From: Candidatus Poribacteria bacterium
Lineage (GTDB): Bacteria; Poribacteria; WGA-4E; PCPOR2b
DNA length: 64,000 nt
NCBI GenBank assembly: GCA_965208325.1
Contig: OZ242326.1
Coordinates: forward strand, 1,600,001-1,664,000
Direction: 5' to 3'
Positions 59,701 through 64,000 of this stretch are shown here, piece by piece (the first letter of the stretch is position 1; each line of letters starts with the position of its first letter). The notes under the pieces were generated by a model. It was not told where the DNA came from and ran no database searches. It saw nothing but the letters and a program-made list of their open reading frames with translations. The translations under genes were made by a program, and so were the position numbers.

Positions 59701-62009
59701 ACGATGAAATTCTTGATCGCCGCCAAGTGGAGAATCAAAATGCTCGTGTCATTCGATACAAGCAGTCCGCCACGCAGGGACGGAATACAATCATTTCATC
59801 AAAGGCGAATCTCGAATTTCTCGAAAACATGCTTGTACGTCGTTTAAAGGCACTCGCACTTGATTTGGACGAAGCCGCATACCAACGACTTGCAGGGGAG
59901 TTTTGTGACGATGCCAACAGGATTTCCGGCGACATAGTGCTCCGTGCCGCCAGACGCGGACGAAACGCCAGTGAGCTCATCGGAGTAGTTTTGAGCCGAT
60001 TCCTTATCCGGCATGAGCTGAATGATAATGACTACTTTGGCTGGTATTTTCTTGACGATTATGCGGAATGGTTGGGGTTACGAGAAGGACGAATTGCAGA
60101 TATATTGGCAATGAGTCCATCTCAGTCACAAAACGGTAAATTGAGACTAGACATCGTTGTTTCTGAAGCGAAATACATCAGTGCTAGCAATCTGTTAAGA
60201 AAAAAGGAAGAATCCCAAAAGCAACTCCGCGACACTCTTAACCGAATTGCTGACGCACTCTTCGGTCAACCGGAACGTTTGGATAAGCCAATTTGGTTGT
60301 CTCGGTTGTCCGACTTGGTTGTTGAAGGGCTCCAATTGCCGGCGAGCGCGAATATTAATCTTTCCCATTGGCGCTACTCCATGAGAGAAGGTAAATGTGA
60401 AATTTTCCTGCGCGGTTATTCACATGTTTTTGTTTCAGACTCTCCAAGCGTGGAGTGTTCAGATCTGATTTCGGTAGCAAATTGTGATGACGCATACCAG
60501 GAAGTTTTTTCACATGCAAAGGTCCGAGAGCTTGTCCTGTTATACATGAAGGATGGCGACCCGATTTCGATCAGGCGAGATAACCTAGCAGAGGAAATTT
60601 GGACAATCAAAAACTATCGTGAACCATTAGATGGCACGCGAACTGTTGTAAGCTCTGCCGAATTTCGTAACATTCAATCTGAAGCGGAACGCGAAGAAAT
60701 GGAAGTTGAAGTTCAATCTGCTGCGGAATCGGTTCATCTGAACGATGAATCGAATCCAGCGGGCAAGGACGAATGTCAAAATCAAAACAGTAACAATCTG
60801 CATGCCGTCATTTCTGAAATCTGGTCATATAAGGGAGTCACTAAGTTTTTAGCCAGATATCATGGAAGCGAAGTTGAATCCCAATATGGCGAACAGTGGT
60901 TAGATCAAACGGCGCGACAATGCAGAGCCGCGCTTCAACAGTTTCAGCTTCAAGCCAAACTGCTTAACAGCATTCTCACTCCGAACGCCGCATTGCTGAA
61001 GTTCCAAGGAAGCGCGGATCTGACCGTGGAACAGGTGTCAAGGCGACGCAGTGAGTTCTTGACAACTTATGGACTCAATCTAATTTCAGTACGACCTGAA
61101 CCGGGGAAAGTAGCAATCTCAGTTGCCCGTCCAGAACGCCGGATCTTGTACCTGCCACAAATCTGGCGAAACTGGGCTAAGTACGCACCCAACCACGATG
61201 AGGGAGTCCGCAACGGAGGCAACCAAAAACTCCTAATCGGTCTGAAGGAAGAAGACAGTAGTCCACTTTTTTTATCACCCAGAGAGAATGCCCCGCACAC
61301 GTTGATTGCAGGTTCGACCGGTAGCGGCAAGTCTGTTCTGATGCAAAACATTATCCTTGGCATCGCCGCCACCAATACGCCGGAGCAAGCCCACATCGTT
61401 CTAATAGATCCGAAGATGGGCGTGGATTATTTTGCGTTTGAGGATTTACCTCACTTGCAAGGAGGTGTGATTGACGACCAAGAAGCGGCCGTTGAACATC
61501 TGAACCAGCTGATATCAGAAATGAATCGTCGATACAAAGTGCTTCGGCAGAACCGGGTGAGCGACATTTTCGACCTTAATGCTAAGCCAAGTGCGACGGA
61601 ACATTTGCCGGTCCTTTGGATCATCCACGATGAATTTGCGGAGTGGATGATGACTGAAGAATACAAGAATACAGTTACTAATGTTGTGTCGCGTCTAGGT
61701 GTAAAGGCAAGGGCGGCAGGAATCTTCCTCGTCTTCGCAGCCCAGCGCCCAGACAATCACGTTATGCCAATGCAGCTACGAGCAAACTTAGGCAACCGAT
61801 TAATCCTTCAGGTCGATGGCGAAGGTACATCCGAAATTGCCCTAGGTGAACCCGGAGCTGAACGTCTGTTGGGCAAAGGACATTTGGCAGCAAAATTGGT
61901 GGGGGAATCTACCGTTATTACGGCTCAAGTGCCATTCGTGAACACCGAGGACTTGGAAGAGATTGTCAGACGGATTCAACTGGAAGAGATGCAAGAGACC
62001 ACGCCATGA
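56697..62009 (+). CDS. sspH: SspH/DptH-like 1770-aa protein with PD-(D/E)xK-like motif and C-terminal FtsK/SpoIIIE ATPase
   Basis: IADIL...VSEAKY; PHTLIAGSTGSGKS, LIDPK, HDEFAE, KARAAGI.L.FAAQRP, GAE.LLGKG. Confidence 0.7.
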   Translation: MTTDQLIGQVGARYLRVKLDEADDSDDTARYLIDRLSKGQTAAIARAILADAVLSEKVEIKLPTRFMQGQKLPDLVLTEERATYYRNARCSKAALLLATTGDDEAQSLNHLTPIGIAQLMDNPNFWVDVASTDANLSESNQKWWEKALNALFQLNICSLAQIAQYILQTRNAIVDDGHPVVHALDAALPALQIPRGTGDFNGIRDNYRGHTAQWRRRFESAHRKYACYLRKYTPNQTLLNEDELTAAFAAAKDAIPENYHSLIVAFIGAPTGWNYHAQELAGCEWSVVGQPLFERLKPEKKSIGELTFAFYDEREPELLTESERDYLQRLKRRGRLPKNDDEEDKEFYEDHRNELKEDRKLKSLWDRFIFKTPLESDDFLVGLIQCIERLLGAKSTSGETRMTIRCDRRSRKDLRDLNVEAGLYFATRYRGLPTLFGPKVTWAPEFDQLFSFSELVETWRGESGSRLCVSTAKASRQIKFTIELSAPDDTAKHATQLIWDFNLNSITTQFHSDFNRLVEHPLVFCHTTREPISTKGEFQPLDLSNVKSFGPAYGKERGSFVSVYTEDNDVAETWLENLKEAKHQHLRTDDDAQQIRSRFEVFRASYAAAIAGFMKRGVACAELLDQLSDYAELLETLCRNAKGDRNRELLLNPLLKIGAVTVDGGQLATVVTPWNPLRLAAMAVKAKQVAELLQRLLTAEDLAFGNAERFYFREIEEALAHPYYPEVVIGWDRGEPKLLSLTDFVGDYSLHEHPVVTDEASDGTNDNPEGASNLVTDQIDRYLQLQPHAQTNLSVVLYNCDSVRLPQAVVEKILKKYEENEDVLCQIVLRHRNKKRLRGLYEQIIQSSGEEVDAFSASEATKDFMARLRINIIADQVSQPDKRDGCPMDIVFSQDVIARHAGIEWYSEDARPVELLKVFPSRWSRRRPAFKDDMKSVVYLCCPVQSREVWTYLTTMATILKSDWDENETRRLLPARQLDFQKQEMTSIFEETHNLGNWVINYDEILDRRQVENQNARVIRYKQSATQGRNTIISSKANLEFLENMLVRRLKALALDLDEAAYQRLAGEFCDDANRISGDIVLRAARRGRNASELIGVVLSRFLIRHELNDNDYFGWYFLDDYAEWLGLREGRIADILAMSPSQSQNGKLRLDIVVSEAKYISASNLLRKKEESQKQLRDTLNRIADALFGQPERLDKPIWLSRLSDLVVEGLQLPASANINLSHWRYSMREGKCEIFLRGYSHVFVSDSPSVECSDLISVANCDDAYQEVFSHAKVRELVLLYMKDGDPISIRRDNLAEEIWTIKNYREPLDGTRTVVSSAEFRNIQSEAEREEMEVEVQSAAESVHLNDESNPAGKDECQNQNSNNLHAVISEIWSYKGVTKFLARYHGSEVESQYGEQWLDQTARQCRAALQQFQLQAKLLNSILTPNAALLKFQGSADLTVEQVSRRRSEFLTTYGLNLISVRPEPGKVAISVARPERRILYLPQIWRNWAKYAPNHDEGVRNGGNQKLLIGLKEEDSSPLFLSPRENAPHTLIAGSTGSGKSVLMQNIILGIAATNTPEQAHIVLIDPKMGVDYFAFEDLPHLQGGVIDDQEAAVEHLNQLISEMNRRYKVLRQNRVSDIFDLNAKPSATEHLPVLWIIHDEFAEWMMTEEYKNTVTNVVSRLGVKARAAGIFLVFAAQRPDNHVMPMQLRANLGNRLILQVDGEGTSEIALGEPGAERLLGKGHLAAKLVGESTVITAQVPFVNTEDLEEIVRRIQLEEMQETTP

Positions 62010-63148
62010 AAGCAGTCTACGCAGACAATAACGCCACAACTCCCGTTGCACCAGAAGTGATGGAAACAATGAAATTATACTTTGCGGATGCGTTTTACAA
62101 TCCGAGTGCAATCAGTGGACGGGCGTATGGCATTGATACGGCCATAGCTCAAGCCAGGCGGGCCGTGGCGGAATTTCTAGGCACATCAGACGCGAATGAA
62201 ATTGTCTTCACTTCCTGCGCGACCGAGAGCAACAACTGGGCAATTTTCGGAGCAACTCGGGGGAATCCTGAACGCCGGCACATTATCACATCGAAAGTAG
62301 AACACCCCTCCGTTTTGGAAACTTGCAAGTCAATAAATAAGAATGGGTATGATGTCACGTATCTCAAGGTAGATGGTGACGGCAACCTGAACATGAATGA
62401 ACTAATTGATGCCATCCGTAGCGATACGCTTTTGGTTTCGCTAATGGCGGCGAACAATGAGACAGGAGTAACATTCCCAGTTGACCGATTATCGGCTGCC
62501 GTGAAAGAGCAAGATCCGAACATAATCTTTCACACGGATGCTACCCAATATATTGGAAAGTTACCTGTTGACCTTAGCCGTGAGTTTGAACATATAGATT
62601 TATTGTCCTTTTCCGGTCATAAATTTCATGGGCCGAAAGGGATAGGTGGGCTTTTTATTCGTAAAGGCACTCCACTGGCGCCACTACTTTATGGCGGAAA
62701 TCAAGAAAATGGCCGCCGGAGCGGTACTGAAAATGTGCCAGGAATTATTGGCATGGCTGAAGCGTGCAAGCTAGCTGACCGTAACATCACGCGTGTGAAG
62801 AATGTGGAGACTCTACGTGATGAATTAGAGGGCGAACTGCTTGGCCTGGCCCCCACGGCTTTAGTAAATGGAGGAAATGCAAACCGCTTGCCCAATACAC
62901 TCAATATTGCATTCAAAGACATGGACAGTGAAACGCTTCTCCATCAACTGTCGATGGGCGGTGTATATGCTTCAAACGGTTCGGCGTGCTCCACAGGTTC
63001 GCTGGACTACTCTCACGTTCTATCGGCGATGCAAGTGCCGTATGATTACATTGCCAGCAGCGTACGATTTAGTTTTAGTCATCTAAATAGTTCAGAGGAT
63101 GTGAATATAATCGTGGAGAGGATGAAACAGATTCGAGGGTTGGGCTAG
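62006..63148 (+). CDS. sspA: Cysteine desulfurase (SspA/DndA/IscS-like)
   Basis: Y.DNNATT, FTSCATESNN, SGHKFHGPKG, RSGTEN, GSAC motifs; ATGA overlap with the upstream gene. Confidence 0.85.
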   Translation: MKAVYADNNATTPVAPEVMETMKLYFADAFYNPSAISGRAYGIDTAIAQARRAVAEFLGTSDANEIVFTSCATESNNWAIFGATRGNPERRHIITSKVEHPSVLETCKSINKNGYDVTYLKVDGDGNLNMNELIDAIRSDTLLVSLMAANNETGVTFPVDRLSAAVKEQDPNIIFHTDATQYIGKLPVDLSREFEHIDLLSFSGHKFHGPKGIGGLFIRKGTPLAPLLYGGNQENGRRSGTENVPGIIGMAEACKLADRNITRVKNVETLRDELEGELLGLAPTALVNGGNANRLPNTLNIAFKDMDSETLLHQLSMGGVYASNGSACSTGSLDYSHVLSAMQVPYDYIASSVRFSFSHLNSSEDVNIIVERMKQIRGLG

Positions 63149-63288
63149 CCGAATCTTTCCAATACCTTGCTAATTCGCGGTGGATTTGCATGGTGAACTT
63201 AGGATTATGGTAGGTAAGATTTCGCCTTCGGAACCGTTTGCTGGCAACGATAAAGCCTACGAAGATAGAACCACATTCCGAATGCCCG

Positions 63289-63999
63289 CTAAATCAATAA
63301 GTCGTCGCCGATTGGAAAGAACTGGTCGGCGGCGCGAAGCAGATCCATTGATGTATTATGTTCAAAGGCTACAATCTCTATACGCTTCTGCTGCTGCTTT
63401 ATGGTTTCAGCAAGTGCGCAGAAATCCCCATCGCCGCTCGCCAGAATGACGACATCCAGAGCGTCCAGCCTTGAAACCACGTCTATCGTGATTCCAACGT
63501 CCCAATCCCCCTTTGCCGACCCATCCCCGCGCAGCCGCAAATCCTTACTCTTTATGGTATACCCGTTGTGTTCCAGAAGCGACAAGAAACCCGCTTGGTT
63601 AATTTCAGGGATTTGGACGACATACGCATACGCCAAAACCAGCTTTCGGGGACCAACGATGAGGTCGAGCAGCTTAATGTAATCCAGGCGTCCGGAGTAC
63701 CGGTCTTTTGCTGCATAGAACATGTTCTGTACATCAACAAAAACCCCGACGGCGGGTTGGTTTTCCGCTATACGCGTACGGGTTCCACCGCCAATCGCCT
63801 GTCTGTCAACAAAATTGTTTGAAATCCTTTCCTCTTCGTGCGTTATTACGACTCTCGAATTCCTGTGACTCTCCCGCAAATTAGCAAGATTAGCTTGGGG
63901 ATCCGAGCGATTCCGACCGATAATTTCCAGACTCCGGTAGGCGGCATTTTCAACGGATTTTAGTTCCAGCGCAAGCTGCGTTCTCTCTGCCTTAAGTTG
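63289..63999 (-). CDS. NYN domain (LabA/DUF88) protein, 5'-partial
   Basis: VFVDVQN, KGDWDVGI.ID, LASGDGDF motifs; the frame stays open to the window edge. Confidence 0.9.
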   Translation of the reverse strand, partial: QLKAERTQLALELKSVENAAYRSLEIIGRNRSDPQANLANLRESHRNSRVVITHEEERISNNFVDRQAIGGGTRTRIAENQPAVGVFVDVQNMFYAAKDRYSGRLDYIKLLDLIVGPRKLVLAYAYVVQIPEINQAGFLSLLEHNGYTIKSKDLRLRGDGSAKGDWDVGITIDVVSRLDALDVVILASGDGDFCALAETIKQQQKRIEIVAFEHNTSMDLLRAADQFFPIGDDLLI

Positions 64000-64000
64000 A

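Noticed and set aside
62006..63148. Housekeeping iscS
   Set aside because: No isc/suf neighbours; translationally coupled to the defence operon.
1130..63822. Numerous short antisense or overlapping ORFs in the six-frame track
   Set aside because: Shadows of well-supported genes with no recognisable motifs.
63289..63999. NYN protein as part of the defence island
   Set aside because: Opposite strand and a common housekeeping LabA/DUF88 type; more likely marks the island boundary.

Overview
A bacterial chromosomal window, probably from Candidatus Poribacteria or a relative. This assignment is inferred from a secreted protein ending in a 'VEPxxKxxTxWGxLK' tail, many sugar TIM-barrel and oxidoreductase genes, a giant TPR protein and REP-rich intergenic DNA. 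About 45 kb is metabolic and regulatory: an anti-sigma pair, PotD, BirA, a TAXI-TRAP transporter, sugar isomerases, a two-component system, glpK and AKRs. The right end (45871-63148) is a 17-kb co-directional defence locus matching the SspABCD-SspFGH DNA phosphorothioation architecture, with an extra MORC/GHKL-ATPase + HEPN-like fusion gene between sspD and sspF. Other observations read directly from the sequence: (1) one gapless 71-aa module sits in frame inside two unrelated membrane proteins, and one copy is bracketed by a 9-bp direct repeat resembling a target-site duplication; (2) a frameshifted orphan second sspB; (3) MITEs with TSDs and a 219-bp tandem REP array; (4) four phased NrdR-like boxes on a non-RNR promoter; (5) a structured glpK leader with an anti-SD switch; (6) a ThDP-enzyme homologue lacking both catalytic motifs. 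No tRNA, rRNA, CRISPR array, integrase or transposase was recognised. All calls come from motif recognition by eye; no database search was run.
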